Of a stretch of DNA of 64,000 nucleotides, positions 46,253 through 56,733 are shown piece by piece (the stretch's first letter is position 1; the number at the start of each line of letters is the position of its first letter). A program made the position numbers and the translations under genes. The stretch covers positions 62,001 through 126,000 of IMG/VR virus record IMGVR_UViG_3300020474_000001; one strand, 5' to 3'. Under the pieces are notes generated by a model. That model saw nothing but the letters and a program-made list of their open reading frames with translations, had not been told where the DNA came from and made no database searches.

Positions 46253-46281
46253 ATTATAGCAAAGAACCTACGCTTGGTCAA
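46253..46281 (-). promoter_or_regulatory. Sigma70-like promoter for the primase-nrdAB operon
   Basis: TTGACC-17nt-TATAAT. Confidence 0.7.
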
Positions 46282-46429
46282 TATCCCAGTACTCCGCCAA
46301 TAATACGAAATTTCCATCCATTTCTGAATAATCAGATATCAAAGAAGTTATTACCGATGTCCACTTAACAACAACATTAGATGCCACTATCAAACAATAA
46401 TCCTGTTTTGTTTGATTTGACTTTTCCAT
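46268..46429 (-). CDS. 53-aa hypothetical protein
   Basis: MEKSNQTKQDYCLIVASNVVVKWTSV... Confidence 0.4.
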   Translation of the reverse strand: MEKSNQTKQDYCLIVASNVVVKWTSVITSLISDYSEMDGNFVLLAEYWDIDQA

Positions 46430-46433
46430 TTTC

Positions 46434-46814
46434 CTATCTCACTTGTTGTATTGTTGTTTGTGGTGGTGATGTTCGTATAATCCTTGGACCTATGATCTGT
46501 AAGACATTTAGTATAACCATTCCAGAAGCTACTACTCCCAAGGTTACCCATCTAAACTTAGATAAGGACTCTACCTTTGACTCTAAGGAATTAAAGTCTG
46601 CTTGCATCTTATCTACTAGTTTTAAGGTAGCATCAGACGCCTTTTCTCCTTCATCCAAGCGATTCTCATGTCTTTCCAAAATAATCGCAACCTTATTGCT
46701 ACTTTCTTGAATTGATGATACTGCTCTTTCTAACTTATCAAGCATCTCTTTCGAAAGATCCTCGTAGATTGATAATTTTGATTCTAAAACTTCTAGTTTT
46801 CCTAGACCGAACAT
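46434..46814 (-). CDS. Conserved coiled-coil protein with C-terminal TM
   Basis: LEVLESKLSIYEDLSKEMLDKLE...WVTLGVV. Confidence 0.7.
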   Translation of the reverse strand: MFGLGKLEVLESKLSIYEDLSKEMLDKLERAVSSIQESSNKVAIILERHENRLDEGEKASDATLKLVDKMQADFNSLESKVESLSKFRWVTLGVVASGMVILNVLQIIGPRIIRTSPPQTTIQQVR

Positions 46815-46815
46815 G

Positions 46816-47043
46816 TTACTTTCCTAAAGATTTGACCCATTTTTTATAATTAGATGGAACTTTTCTAAAGTCAGTTTTTCCTTTTTTTCCTCTAAATTTA
46901 ACTAATGGGTCATATCCTGCGACAGGACCTTTAGGATCAGAGTTTGACGAAAAACCAGCAGCACCAGGAGTACTTTGAGTAGTCATGCCACTCATCATCT
47001 CCTTCAAATTATTTATTATTTTATTATGGTTACGATCTGTCAT
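46816..47043 (-). CDS. Conserved hypothetical protein
   Basis: GPVAGYDP. Confidence 0.65.
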   Translation of the reverse strand: MTDRNHNKIINNLKEMMSGMTTQSTPGAAGFSSNSDPKGPVAGYDPLVKFRGKKGKTDFRKVPSNYKKWVKSLGK

Positions 47044-47416
47044 TATAAGACATCTCTAGTATTTGTAAGCAGTTTTTATCGACCGGAATATCATGTATAT
47101 AACACTTCGGATATTCCGGTAGACGATCCAAGAATATGATAAAAGTTTTCATGGTAGACCACATGTCCTCATCTATTTTAAAAAATAGCATAGGTGTAGC
47201 GGCCTCACCAAATATATTATATAAAACAATAAAGTGATTTATGATCAAGTGAGTTTTGAGCTCTCCCGTTTTGTTATATCTTTTCAACAACCTCTTGATG
47301 TATTTAAAGTGATTTAGATCTTTGTCAAAATCATCCTTAGTTACAGCCTGAGGGTTCTCATAATTTTTTATCGCAAACAGAAGAAAATTTTCTTCATTCA
47401 ACTCACTGAAAATCAT
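47030..47416 (-). CDS. Conserved T4-like hypothetical protein
   Basis: ELNEENFLLFAIKNYENP..DLNHFKYIKRLL..NIFG. Confidence 0.75.
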   Translation of the reverse strand: MIFSELNEENFLLFAIKNYENPQAVTKDDFDKDLNHFKYIKRLLKRYNKTGELKTHLIINHFIVLYNIFGEAATPMLFFKIDEDMWSTMKTFIIFLDRLPEYPKCYIHDIPVDKNCLQILEMSYNDRS

Positions 47417-47427
47417 ATATCATACTG

Positions 47428-47937
47428 TCAACTAGGTGGATATGCTGGATCATTACCAGTTGTTATTCCTGACATTGATACCAGGATTTCTTTCTTAACT
47501 CTCAATTCTCCCTGAGCATCTGTGTATGTTGTAACACCAACCCAGCCTACACCAGTTTCGTACTGAGTTCCAGTAGAAACACCATCCTTGTTTACACCGT
47601 AAACAAATGAATCGTAGTCGCTGTGAGTTTCATTAAAGTGTGAGTCAAGCACAGTAAACTTAGGACACTGGCTTACAGTGAATGGTTCATCAGCGATTGC
47701 TGCACCACTAAGTCCTGCAGTAGAATCAATCTTCAATTCGGTTGCACTTTCAATGCTGATAATTACAGCATCTCCAAAGTAAGTTGCACTACGATCACCA
47801 AAACGAATGACATCTCCAACTGCAGCTGAACCTGCATCCCCAAACGCTGTTCCACTTCCGGTTACAACGCCGGTATCATAATTTAAAGATACTGTTCCTG
47901 CAGAGGTAACAGCATCACTATTTCCCCAAAGTGCCAT
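47428..47937 (-). CDS. Virion structural protein
   Basis: MALWG..., GWVGVTTY..G.LRVKKEILVSM; late promoter upstream. Confidence 0.65.
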   Translation of the reverse strand: MALWGNSDAVTSAGTVSLNYDTGVVTGSGTAFGDAGSAAVGDVIRFGDRSATYFGDAVIISIESATELKIDSTAGLSGAAIADEPFTVSQCPKFTVLDSHFNETHSDYDSFVYGVNKDGVSTGTQYETGVGWVGVTTYTDAQGELRVKKEILVSMSGITTGNDPAYPPS

Positions 47938-47980
47938 ATGCTTGTCCTGAAAATAATTTTCTATTAGTATTTATCTTTTA

Positions 47981-48181
47981 TCATTCTTCTCTAGTTTTGA
48001 TTGCTTCTGCAACCGCTTCCAGAAGTTTATCATCCATATCAGTCTTAGTAAGCTTTACTGCCTTACCAAGAATAACCAGACAAATATCAATCAGCTTCTC
48101 CCCAAGTTCTTCATTTTCGGGAATTTGGGCAACTGCATCAGTAATAATTTTAGATGCAATTGGCAGCAAGAATGCAAACAT
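47981..48181 (-). CDS. Conserved small protein
   Basis: LLPIASKII...TKTDMDDKL. Confidence 0.65.
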   Translation of the reverse strand: MFAFLLPIASKIITDAVAQIPENEELGEKLIDICLVILGKAVKLTKTDMDDKLLEAVAEAIKTREE

Positions 48182-48242
48182 TGTTTTTACCTCAAGTACT
48201 ATATTCTATATAGTCGATTAATCTATTCTTGGAATATTTGCA

Positions 48243-50786
48243 TCAGTCCGTTCTGGTAGCACCACCTGGACCTTTACGAGGAGATGCATATGCATCTGCC
48301 ATCTTCTGGGTGTCTGTTCTAGTGTCCGGCTTAGGGGGAACTTTTGGTGTGTTACCCATTACTCTCTTGTTTGCTGCTTTCTTCTCCTCAGGTGTCAGTC
48401 TATTATAATCCTGAGAGATTTTCATCTGCTGATCAATCGACAGTTCCTCGGTGGCGGTAGAAACCTTTGGTTTTTTATTCGCAAATGAAGGCAAGGTCGC
48501 AATCCCCCTCTTCGTTGCTATCCTTTCACCATTTTCAACTCCTGTATCACCAGCTTTAGCAATTCTAAAATTTCTTTCGTTTTTCCTTGTATTCTGTTTT
48601 TGATCTATTTTTCCTTTATCAAAAGGAGAATCAACTTCCTCCATTGCATCTACCTTTTTCATCCCCCTCAATCTAGCAGCAGCAACCTTTCCAGATGGAG
48701 TTCCTGCACGATTCATTCCATCAATTTTTCTATTATAACTTGTCTTTTCTCTCTGCTTCTCCTTCTTATTAATATCTGCTTTTACTTTATCTGCAGATGG
48801 TGCATTTGATGATCTCTTCTTTGCTTCTCTTGTTTTTTGAACTTGAAAAGCACCCTGATTACCGTACTCTCTCCCCCTTCTTTCTTTAGATTGATTAGCA
48901 CCTTTTCTAGTTAAATTGTCACCACTCACAACCTTCTTTTCTCTTTTAATTGTAACATCATCTTCTGGTTTACCATCACCATGCGTATATGATTTGGATA
49001 CTACACGATACCCTTCATCTACTACGTAAGGAGAAGTAACCTCATATGCAGCCTTCATCCTTTCTTTAAGACGAATCCTCATATCATCCTCTCCCGTTTC
49101 CACCTGATTAGTCAGATGGTCAGCAGCCTTATATCGCTTATCACCTGATTTCAATCTCTGATAGGCAGGAGTGTTTCCTTTCTTATCGGCATTGGTAACA
49201 GTCATGGGAGTGTCTGTTTTCTTTTTAGGAGTGCCACCGTAAACTGCTTCATGAACATTCTCTTCCGTCGCTACTTTATTAGCAATCTTAGCAGCTTTCC
49301 CTGCCATCTTCACGCCTTCTCCAGCGCCTTTGGCAACTGCACCTGCAACCTTTCCTGCTTTCTTAAGAGTTTTACCCGTTTCGTTGGATAATTTCTTAGC
49401 AGTAGCCATTGCTTTATTGTGGCGTTCAATTCCTTTTACAACAGCATTTCCAACTCTATCGAGCAAACCTTTCCTTTTAGGTTGCTGCTTCTTAGCAGTT
49501 TTAACTGCATGTGCTCTAGCAGATTGACTCTTCAGGGCTGCTGCCATTCCTGATGGTTTGGAACTACCAGATTCTGAATCTCTTCTTGCCTGCTTCTCTT
49601 TACGAAGTCTCTTGATTGCTGATGTTCTAGCACCCCCTCTGAGGGAACCAACAGATTTACCAGTCTTGGTTACTGGTTCCACTCTAACACCACCTGCTCT
49701 TGCTTCTGTAAGAACTTCCTCACCAAGTTCATAAACATAATCTACAAATGATTCGAGACCAAGTTCCTCAATCAGAATTTCGATACCATCTTCATTAAGA
49801 CCTTCCTCAACGAAATATTCTGCTGCTGTATTTGCTACCCACTGAACCTCTTCATCATGCTGCAAAAAGTTTACATATTTCTCATGCTCTTTCTGCTTGA
49901 GTTTCTTTGAAGCAATCTTTCCAGCATCACGATTCAATCTTTGTTGTGGCGTAGGTTTTTCTCTATCTTCCCCTTCAGAAACCTCAGTGAATTCCAAAAT
50001 GGTCCCACCCAGATATTCAATACCTTCTTTAAAATCTGGATTTATTTTAATGATTGATGAATTATTTACTTGACCATCAGTGATCTTTTCTGAATTATTC
50101 TTCAGAGATTTTTTTTTTTCAACCTCTATAAGAATACCTTCACCTAAAGTTTCAGTTAATTCTGATCTCCAATCAGAGTATCCGTCCATCACATTACTAT
50201 CCCTCATCTTGTCAAAACGCTCTTTCTCTTTCTGGCGGGAGATTGCACTTACGATCTTGCCAGACTTATCCTGTGCTTTAGAACCTACCTCAGTAGACAG
50301 TCCTTTGCTAAGTGCATCACGACTTAGGTTACCTGCTCTACGATACATCGCAGTTTCTTTTTTCTTGTCGATAGGTTTGTAACCCTCTACCATATCACCT
50401 TCTGGTTCATGACTTGACTTTACACAATTAGGAACCGATCTACCATTCTTCATCTTAGTTCCCTTTGCCTTATAACCAGTCCAGCAAGATGGTTTATCCG
50501 GATCCATGCCAATATTTTTACGTGCTTGCTTCAGGCTAGCTTTTTTAGATTCATCAACTGGCTTTTTCTTACTCTTCTTTTTATCCTTATCCTTGTCCTT
50601 ATTAGGGAACTCACCATCTACTTCGCCTGGTTCATATCCGATGCCATCACCATCATCGTCCCACCAGCGTGGTTTTTTATTCGTATCCTTACTCTTTTTT
50701 TCATCATCTTTACACTTTTTCTCTTGAATATTATTCAAGTATACGCTAGATAGATCATTCAGATGCACAGTCATTTTGTCAATCAA
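48243..50786 (-). CDS. Large modular basic/acidic putative internal head protein
   Basis: 847 aa with alternating K-rich and E-rich blocks; CWTGY..VPNCV module; many L/I/V-x-E sites. Confidence 0.6.
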   Translation of the reverse strand: MIDKMTVHLNDLSSVYLNNIQEKKCKDDEKKSKDTNKKPRWWDDDGDGIGYEPGEVDGEFPNKDKDKDKKKSKKKPVDESKKASLKQARKNIGMDPDKPSCWTGYKAKGTKMKNGRSVPNCVKSSHEPEGDMVEGYKPIDKKKETAMYRRAGNLSRDALSKGLSTEVGSKAQDKSGKIVSAISRQKEKERFDKMRDSNVMDGYSDWRSELTETLGEGILIEVEKKKSLKNNSEKITDGQVNNSSIIKINPDFKEGIEYLGGTILEFTEVSEGEDREKPTPQQRLNRDAGKIASKKLKQKEHEKYVNFLQHDEEVQWVANTAAEYFVEEGLNEDGIEILIEELGLESFVDYVYELGEEVLTEARAGGVRVEPVTKTGKSVGSLRGGARTSAIKRLRKEKQARRDSESGSSKPSGMAAALKSQSARAHAVKTAKKQQPKRKGLLDRVGNAVVKGIERHNKAMATAKKLSNETGKTLKKAGKVAGAVAKGAGEGVKMAGKAAKIANKVATEENVHEAVYGGTPKKKTDTPMTVTNADKKGNTPAYQRLKSGDKRYKAADHLTNQVETGEDDMRIRLKERMKAAYEVTSPYVVDEGYRVVSKSYTHGDGKPEDDVTIKREKKVVSGDNLTRKGANQSKERRGREYGNQGAFQVQKTREAKKRSSNAPSADKVKADINKKEKQREKTSYNRKIDGMNRAGTPSGKVAAARLRGMKKVDAMEEVDSPFDKGKIDQKQNTRKNERNFRIAKAGDTGVENGERIATKRGIATLPSFANKKPKVSTATEELSIDQQMKISQDYNRLTPEEKKAANKRVMGNTPKVPPKPDTRTDTQKMADAYASPRKGPGGATRTD

Positions 50787-52017
50787 CTAACTTTTTCCTG
50801 TATTTATTTATAAAAATCTTAACACCTGCACTATCAATAGGTGGTTCATAATAATATTCATAATATTCACATACATCTCTTATCCAAGACTTAAACATTT
50901 TTTGCTCTTCTGTAACACAAATCAGATGATTAGTTCCTCTGCGAATAATCTCTCCAACTAAACCAGTATTCATATTCTGAACAGTGTCCCCGATATTATA
51001 AATTTCATCACCCAAGTACTTTTCCCTCAATATTTGCGGATAAAGCTTTGGAGCAACTTCCCACTCCTCAACAACTCTACCCTTAGCCTTCTGCTTTCTT
51101 CTATTCTCATCTTTCTTTTCTTTCTGCTTTTTAGTTCTCTTCGGAGATGCTGTCATACCCTGCTGAACAGCATCGAACAGTCCCATTGCATCTTCATCAT
51201 CAAGAGACTTAGGAGTTCCTCTGCGGAATGTTTTAAAATCATTATTCAAAACTGCTTTTCTCATCTTAGATGCAGACATACCTTCCACGCCTTCAGCATC
51301 AGCATCACGAACACCAGCAGATATCACACGAATCTGCTCAAAATTATATAAACTATTCTCCTCTTTACCATTGTACTTTTTCGCCAAACTCTCAAACTCT
51401 GCCTGACGATCAGAACCAACAACAATATTGATATTAACATATCCATCCTCAGCAGCGAGAACAAGGACATTGAAAATTGTATCCATCTTCTTGTCGTTAA
51501 TGATATTCTCCTCAAAATCTGGGAACATCTTCTTCATATACTGAACTTTGATGTTTGTGTCCAAAGGATTTTTCTTTGGATCCACAGTTCTAGATGGATA
51601 AATCTTTAGATCAGCATCAACAGAAAGTCTCTGTGCAGTTTTAAATAGACGCTCATGACCGATTGTTGGTGGATTGAACCGACCAAATACAATAGTAACT
51701 GTATCAGAAGTCTCTCCCTCACCAGTTGTAGTATCTTTGGTAGCACCCTTTGGTGTAGTAGGAGTAATTGCTTTTCTTTGCCTAGGTGCGGACTGCTGCA
51801 CTGCAGTAGCCCTCGACATCTGTGGCTGCTGCTCCTGCTTCTTCTCTCTGGGTGTCATGTAAAGAAGCTTTCCCTTCTCGGTTCTAGCAATGAGTTCACC
51901 GTTCACTGGGTTAATCCAACCTGCCTTCTGCCTATCATACACCAAACCCTTCTGCATTGCTTCCTTTGCAGCACCGGTTTTATTAGCTTCGACAAGAAAT
52001 TCTGTAAACCTTTTCAT
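50779..52017 (-). CDS. Cytidylyltransferase-like (HIGH) nucleotidyltransferase
   Basis: FGRFNPPTIGH, VVGSDR, MSASKMR; MKRFTEFLVE N-terminus; CTAAATA late promoter. Confidence 0.85.
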   Translation of the reverse strand: MKRFTEFLVEANKTGAAKEAMQKGLVYDRQKAGWINPVNGELIARTEKGKLLYMTPREKKQEQQPQMSRATAVQQSAPRQRKAITPTTPKGATKDTTTGEGETSDTVTIVFGRFNPPTIGHERLFKTAQRLSVDADLKIYPSRTVDPKKNPLDTNIKVQYMKKMFPDFEENIINDKKMDTIFNVLVLAAEDGYVNINIVVGSDRQAEFESLAKKYNGKEENSLYNFEQIRVISAGVRDADAEGVEGMSASKMRKAVLNNDFKTFRRGTPKSLDDEDAMGLFDAVQQGMTASPKRTKKQKEKKDENRRKQKAKGRVVEEWEVAPKLYPQILREKYLGDEIYNIGDTVQNMNTGLVGEIIRRGTNHLICVTEEQKMFKSWIRDVCEYYEYYYEPPIDSAGVKIFINKYRKKLVD

Positions 52018-52072
52018 TAATTTAACACTTCCCCCTATACTTGGTATTTAGTTAAATTAAAATTGAATAAAA

Positions 52073-52145
52073 TGGAGAATAGGAGACTCGAACTCCTGAC
52101 AGCCTGCTTGCAAAGCAGGTGCTCTACCAACTGAGCTAATTCCCC
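52073..52145 (-). tRNA. tRNA-Ala(TGC)
   Basis: GGGGAAT acceptor with G3-U70, TTTGCAA loop; own promoter TTGACA-17-TATAAT at 52156-52184. Confidence 0.93.
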
Positions 52146-52199
52146 GATATAAAATATTATAAGACCCTCAAGACTATCTGTCAAGAGGGTCTATCAATA

Positions 52200-53267
52200 T
52201 CAGTTGTATGCATTTACAATGGTATCAATATCTTCTCTATCAAGTTCGTTGACCATAAGCACTCTTGCTTCATCCAGAGATTCTGCGAAACCTTCAGTCT
52301 GAAGAAACTCAAGAACGAGATCATACTGATCATACTCTTCACTCATTCTCCTGGCAAGACCAGATGCACGATTAGCAACACTTGTTGCTGCTCTTCTAAT
52401 CATTCCCTTGAGACCACTCTTTGCCTGCTTTGCTTTTCCTGCTACAGCTTTCTCTGCTCTATCAGTTCCCCTTGCAGCTGACCTTGCAGCACTATTAGCA
52501 GCATCACCAGCTTTCTTTACAGTGCCACTTGCAGTGCTTTGAACCTTTTTACTTGCACTTGCAAAAGATTTTCCAGTTTTTTCAGCTGCTTTATTAAACT
52601 TATCACCAGCTTTGGAGATTGCACCTGAAACTCTCTTTCTGATATTATTGATCTTAATTCCTTTCTTTGGAGATAAAGATGAAGTTGGAGTATTTGGTCT
52701 ATCAGTTGCTCTTGGCTTGTATTTTCCACTAGCACTTACATTACCAGTAACTTTACTAACACTTTTCTTAACTCTAGATGATGATGCAAGTGCTCTACCC
52801 ATAGCAGCATTTTTACTCCTTCTCACCGCATCAGAATGATCACTATCAGTGGTCTTAGATGATTTGGCGGTCTTTGGAGATGGAGAAGGTTTAGATGCAC
52901 CAGCTAACCTTTGAGCTCTCATATCGGCCTGCTTTTGTGCCTTTTTGCTAAGTGGTTTCCCAGCATTTTTTTTCGCTTCCTCATCGTCCTGCTTGGCCTT
53001 CACCTGATCCTCGGATTCTGGATTCCTACTTCTCTTAGCCGCTCTTACTTTTTCTGTTATCAGGGACTCATCAAAATCTTCAAATGCTTCGTTAATATCT
53101 TCTAAAGTATATCCCTCTTCAAGAAGTTCTACTACAGCACCTTCAACGACAATATCGAGTTGCTCATCAGATAGCAACTCGATTTCTTCATGAATAAAAA
53201 TTGGTGAATTTTCCGGATATACTTCTCGATAAGCTTCCGTTAAGTGTCTAATCTGAGTAGAATTCAT
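52200..53267 (-). CDS. K/A/S-rich putative internal head protein
   Basis: HLTEAY N-terminus, acidic ends around a basic core; ATAAATA late promoter. Confidence 0.6.
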   Translation of the reverse strand: MNSTQIRHLTEAYREVYPENSPIFIHEEIELLSDEQLDIVVEGAVVELLEEGYTLEDINEAFEDFDESLITEKVRAAKRSRNPESEDQVKAKQDDEEAKKNAGKPLSKKAQKQADMRAQRLAGASKPSPSPKTAKSSKTTDSDHSDAVRRSKNAAMGRALASSSRVKKSVSKVTGNVSASGKYKPRATDRPNTPTSSLSPKKGIKINNIRKRVSGAISKAGDKFNKAAEKTGKSFASASKKVQSTASGTVKKAGDAANSAARSAARGTDRAEKAVAGKAKQAKSGLKGMIRRAATSVANRASGLARRMSEEYDQYDLVLEFLQTEGFAESLDEARVLMVNELDREDIDTIVNAYN

Positions 53268-53305
53268 TCTCTGATATGCCTTTAATTAATAAAAGTATTT
53301 ATGTA

Positions 53306-53551
53306 TCAAAGCTTTCCATCTACGACTGCATTACCAACAACTCTAGTGTATTTCTCTAGGGTTCCTTCCTGTTCACACTTTAAATGCCATCTACTCATAT
53401 CAAGAACAGCTTCAAAGGTTGCACCAGTAAGAAAATCTTTCTCCGTATCTTTTCTTACACTAGTAAACAATCCAAATCTTGTCTTGCGAATATAGAAAGC
53501 ATCATCAATCCAATCAACTTCTGTGATTTCGGGATGTTCAGTCTGCTCCAT
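53306..53551 (-). CDS. Conserved hypothetical protein
   Basis: MEQTEHP..WIDDAFYI..VVDGKL. Confidence 0.65.
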   Translation of the reverse strand: MEQTEHPEITEVDWIDDAFYIRKTRFGLFTSVRKDTEKDFLTGATFEAVLDMSRWHLKCEQEGTLEKYTRVVGNAVVDGKL

Positions 53552-53750
53552 TATCCTCCTTTTTATTAAATCCAAATGGTCCTTCTTTGTCTTCGAGGGC
53601 AACTTTGAGTGCGATCCCACCAACCGCTTCCATAACTCTGAGAATGTCTTCTGCTCTTGCTCCTTCACCAAGTTCTTTGGCAACATACCAATATTTAGGC
53701 CAGAATGTCTCTCCTGCCTTTTCATAATCTTCAAGTGTAAGTAGTTTCAT
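53538..53750 (-). CDS. Conserved hypothetical protein
   Basis: AGETFWPKYWYVAKELG. Confidence 0.7.
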   Translation of the reverse strand: MKLLTLEDYEKAGETFWPKYWYVAKELGEGARAEDILRVMEAVGGIALKVALEDKEGPFGFNKKEDNGAD

Positions 53751-53890
53751 TTTCCAACTCCATGATCAGGTGCTTCTTTTTCAAGTTTACGAATATCTTG
53801 ATGCAATCTTTCTACTGCCTTACGAGTTTCTTCAGTCTCTTCCCATTCCCAAGTATCTCCAGACTTGGTTACAAAAGTTCTTTTAGTCAT
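53747..53890 (-). CDS. 47-aa hypothetical protein
   Basis: MTKRTFVTKSGDTWEWEET...; ATGA-coupled on both sides. Confidence 0.55.
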   Translation of the reverse strand: MTKRTFVTKSGDTWEWEETEETRKAVERLHQDIRKLEKEAPDHGVGK

Positions 53891-54324
53891 AGATCCCCCT
53901 CCTTACGATTTTCAGAATAATGAACATCAAACTCTCCGCCAGGATAACGACCGACAAGTTTATCGACATTCATCTCAAGCACTTCATCGAATGTTGTATC
54001 CAGAGCAATACATGCTTGAGCAAGATACCAACATACATCTCCCAGTTCGCGCTTCATATGAAACACATTTTCTTCGGTATATGGTTTACCTTGGAATACA
54101 ATCTTCTTTACAATCTCAGTAAACTCACCAGATTCTGCACATAAACCAACAGCAGCAGTCATTAGTCGTTCTGGTTGTGCGCCATTACCAGAGAGTTCCT
54201 GAAGACGATAGATCATTGCTTCAGTGTCTTTAGATGGTTGACTGGTCACACCATCAACAAAATTTAGATACCTATTAGTATCAACTTTATGAGACATACC
54301 TTCTTTACTGATTGAAATAGTCAT
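53887..54324 (-). CDS. mazG: MazG nucleoside triphosphate pyrophosphohydrolase
   Basis: GLCAESGEFTEIVKK, ELGDVCWY, NVDKL..RYP. Confidence 0.92.
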   Translation of the reverse strand: MTISISKEGMSHKVDTNRYLNFVDGVTSQPSKDTEAMIYRLQELSGNGAQPERLMTAAVGLCAESGEFTEIVKKIVFQGKPYTEENVFHMKRELGDVCWYLAQACIALDTTFDEVLEMNVDKLVGRYPGGEFDVHYSENRKEGDL

Positions 54325-55700
54325 TAAAATTTGAACCCCTCAAATGATTTTTTGATTGTGGACTCTTCGTAACTATACTCTTCTTCTTCTCCTTTGTCAA
54401 GTATATCCTCCTGAGCACTCTGCTCACAATCATACAATCTCATCTTTGCACGATCAATACCAATCACAAATCTCTTGAAGAAATTGACATCGTTGTATCG
54501 ATTCTTCAACTGCTTTACCATAATTTGTCCGAGCCCCTCAAGCTCATCTGAAGAAATAAGGGCAAACATAAGATCAGCAGTAGCAGGGAGACCAAAGGAC
54601 TCACTAGTATCAGTAATGTCAACATCGGAGCTCCCATAGCCAGAACGAGTGGTCTGCGTGGCAGAAACGATAGGGACGTTTGCTTCAACAGCCAGTCCTC
54701 TAAGCTCTTCTGCAACCGACTTAATATAAGAATATGAATTGACATTGCCGTTTGAGCGATACCTGCTGGAAGCACATATATTAAGGTAATCAATGAAAAT
54801 AATATCAGGTCTAAATGACTTCTTAAGTGCAAGTTCGTTAAGAAGTGACTTAAAGTGTCCACTGTGAGCACTGGCTGTAGGATACTCTTTAATTATAAGT
54901 GTTCCCTGGGTTTTATTTGCTAAACTTGTTACCTTATTCTCAAACATTACTTTTGGCAATTTTGAGATTTCTTGAATGGGTACATTAAGGAGGTTCGCAT
55001 CAATTCTCTCTGCAATCTTTTCTTCAGCCATCTCAAGCGTAATGTAGAGAACGTTACTTCCTTGAAGGAGGACTGAAGAAGCAACGTGGCACATGAACAA
55101 AGACTTACCGACACCTGTACCAGCAAGAGCGACGTTGAGACTCTTGTTAACCAAACCACCCTGTGTAATTCTGTTAAAATATTCCAGATCGAATGAGATT
55201 CGGTCTTCCTTCTGTGTGTAAAACTTAAATCGCTCTTCATAATCGTTTAAATAATCGTGACCAATATTGGAATCAAATGACACTGCTAAGGCATCAGATA
55301 GGATACCAGGAATAGCATCTCTACCTTTCTGCTCATCACTTCCATCAGCGAGAGCAATTGATTCCATAAGTGCAAGATATATAGCACGATCTCGACACCA
55401 CTTTTCTGTAGTATCGATTAACCAATCATAATCTGTCGGTTCATCCTCCAAGTAGCTGATAAGTTTTGTCACCTCTTTAAACGAGGTGTCGTTGATATCA
55501 GTGCGCTTCTCTGCTTCAATACAAAGGACTTCCTTCGTACTCAAAGAATTATACTGATTGACATAATTAGAGATCTCTTCATAGACAACCTTTTGGTTTG
55601 AATCTTCGAAGTAATCTGATTTGATGAAAGGAATTACCTTTCTTAAATACTCTTCATTATATAATAGGTTTCTAAGAATTAGAACCTCAATTTTGTCCAT
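54324..55700 (-). CDS. gp41: Replicative helicase gp41
   Basis: AGTGVGKS, ITLEMAEE, IFIDYLNI, SATQTTR, KNRY. Confidence 0.96.
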   Translation of the reverse strand: MDKIEVLILRNLLYNEEYLRKVIPFIKSDYFEDSNQKVVYEEISNYVNQYNSLSTKEVLCIEAEKRTDINDTSFKEVTKLISYLEDEPTDYDWLIDTTEKWCRDRAIYLALMESIALADGSDEQKGRDAIPGILSDALAVSFDSNIGHDYLNDYEERFKFYTQKEDRISFDLEYFNRITQGGLVNKSLNVALAGTGVGKSLFMCHVASSVLLQGSNVLYITLEMAEEKIAERIDANLLNVPIQEISKLPKVMFENKVTSLANKTQGTLIIKEYPTASAHSGHFKSLLNELALKKSFRPDIIFIDYLNICASSRYRSNGNVNSYSYIKSVAEELRGLAVEANVPIVSATQTTRSGYGSSDVDITDTSESFGLPATADLMFALISSDELEGLGQIMVKQLKNRYNDVNFFKRFVIGIDRAKMRLYDCEQSAQEDILDKGEEEEYSYEESTIKKSFEGFKF

Positions 55701-56694
55701 AACTAAATTCCCTCTGTGCAATTTGTTCGAGTTGATCCATCACTTCTGGAGTGAAGTATTGTTCTGGGTCCTTATAAATTGCTTTTGCATAGACTTTTTT
55801 ACCATCTATCTCATATCGACCAGCAATGTTTTTCCAAAGTCCGCCAATCTCACCGAGTTCAAGAAGACCATAATATCGATCAAGACCACGCTCATCGTAA
55901 TACAAACGCACCGTAACATCTTTATTCTCCTTACTTAAACGCGACTTAGCAGTCTTTGCCTTGATAAGGTTTCCAACGACTTCCGTTCCATCCTTTTCTT
56001 TTTTCTTGCTGAGATAAATGATTGTAGAAGAAGCATACTTAAGTCCACTGCCTCCTCCCATTTCTTTTGTAGGAACATAAGATCCGATTACATCATAGGT
56101 ATGATTTGTGACGATTAAAGGAATTTTTGCTTGACCCAATTTAAGAGTCAGCATGCGGAATGCACCTTTAATAAGCTGAGATTTAGTCATGTCTCTAACC
56201 TGCTTATCATCAATAGCATCTTTGATTTCTTTTTCTGTAGAGAGCATTCCTAAAGAGTCTAGCACAAACATAACAGGTTTGCGTTCATCTTCAGGTTTTT
56301 TAAGATACATATCAACTGCTCTCAATGCCTGACTTCTAAACTGCTCAACTGTCACAACATTAGCAACTACGACACGATTTAGATCTAATCCCCTACCTGA
56401 GAGAAGAGACTTGTTAACAGCGGATTCAGTGTCAAAATATAAGCAATAACCATCAGGGTTAGAATCAAGGAAGTTCTTGACGACAGCAAGAGAGAAAAAA
56501 GTTTTTCCAGTACTAGACTCACCAGCAATGGCAGTAATCTTATTGCCAGATACGCCGCCAAAAATGGAACCTGAAACAAGTCCGTTAAAAATATACGAAC
56601 CAGTATCAACGAACTCTTCAGTTTCTTCAATATCGGATGCAAGTTTTGTGTACTCATTGCCGACCTCCTTAATAATTTCTTTCAGAAAATCCAT
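55687..56694 (-). CDS. uvsX: UvsX recombinase
   Basis: GESSTGKT, VLDSLG, MGGGSG. Confidence 0.94.
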   Translation of the reverse strand: MDFLKEIIKEVGNEYTKLASDIEETEEFVDTGSYIFNGLVSGSIFGGVSGNKITAIAGESSTGKTFFSLAVVKNFLDSNPDGYCLYFDTESAVNKSLLSGRGLDLNRVVVANVVTVEQFRSQALRAVDMYLKKPEDERKPVMFVLDSLGMLSTEKEIKDAIDDKQVRDMTKSQLIKGAFRMLTLKLGQAKIPLIVTNHTYDVIGSYVPTKEMGGGSGLKYASSTIIYLSKKKEKDGTEVVGNLIKAKTAKSRLSKENKDVTVRLYYDERGLDRYYGLLELGEIGGLWKNIAGRYEIDGKKVYAKAIYKDPEQYFTPEVMDQLEQIAQREFSYGQN

Positions 56695-56733
56695 TGCTTT
56701 ACCTCGAAAATATAATGTGGGTTTTGGGATTCA

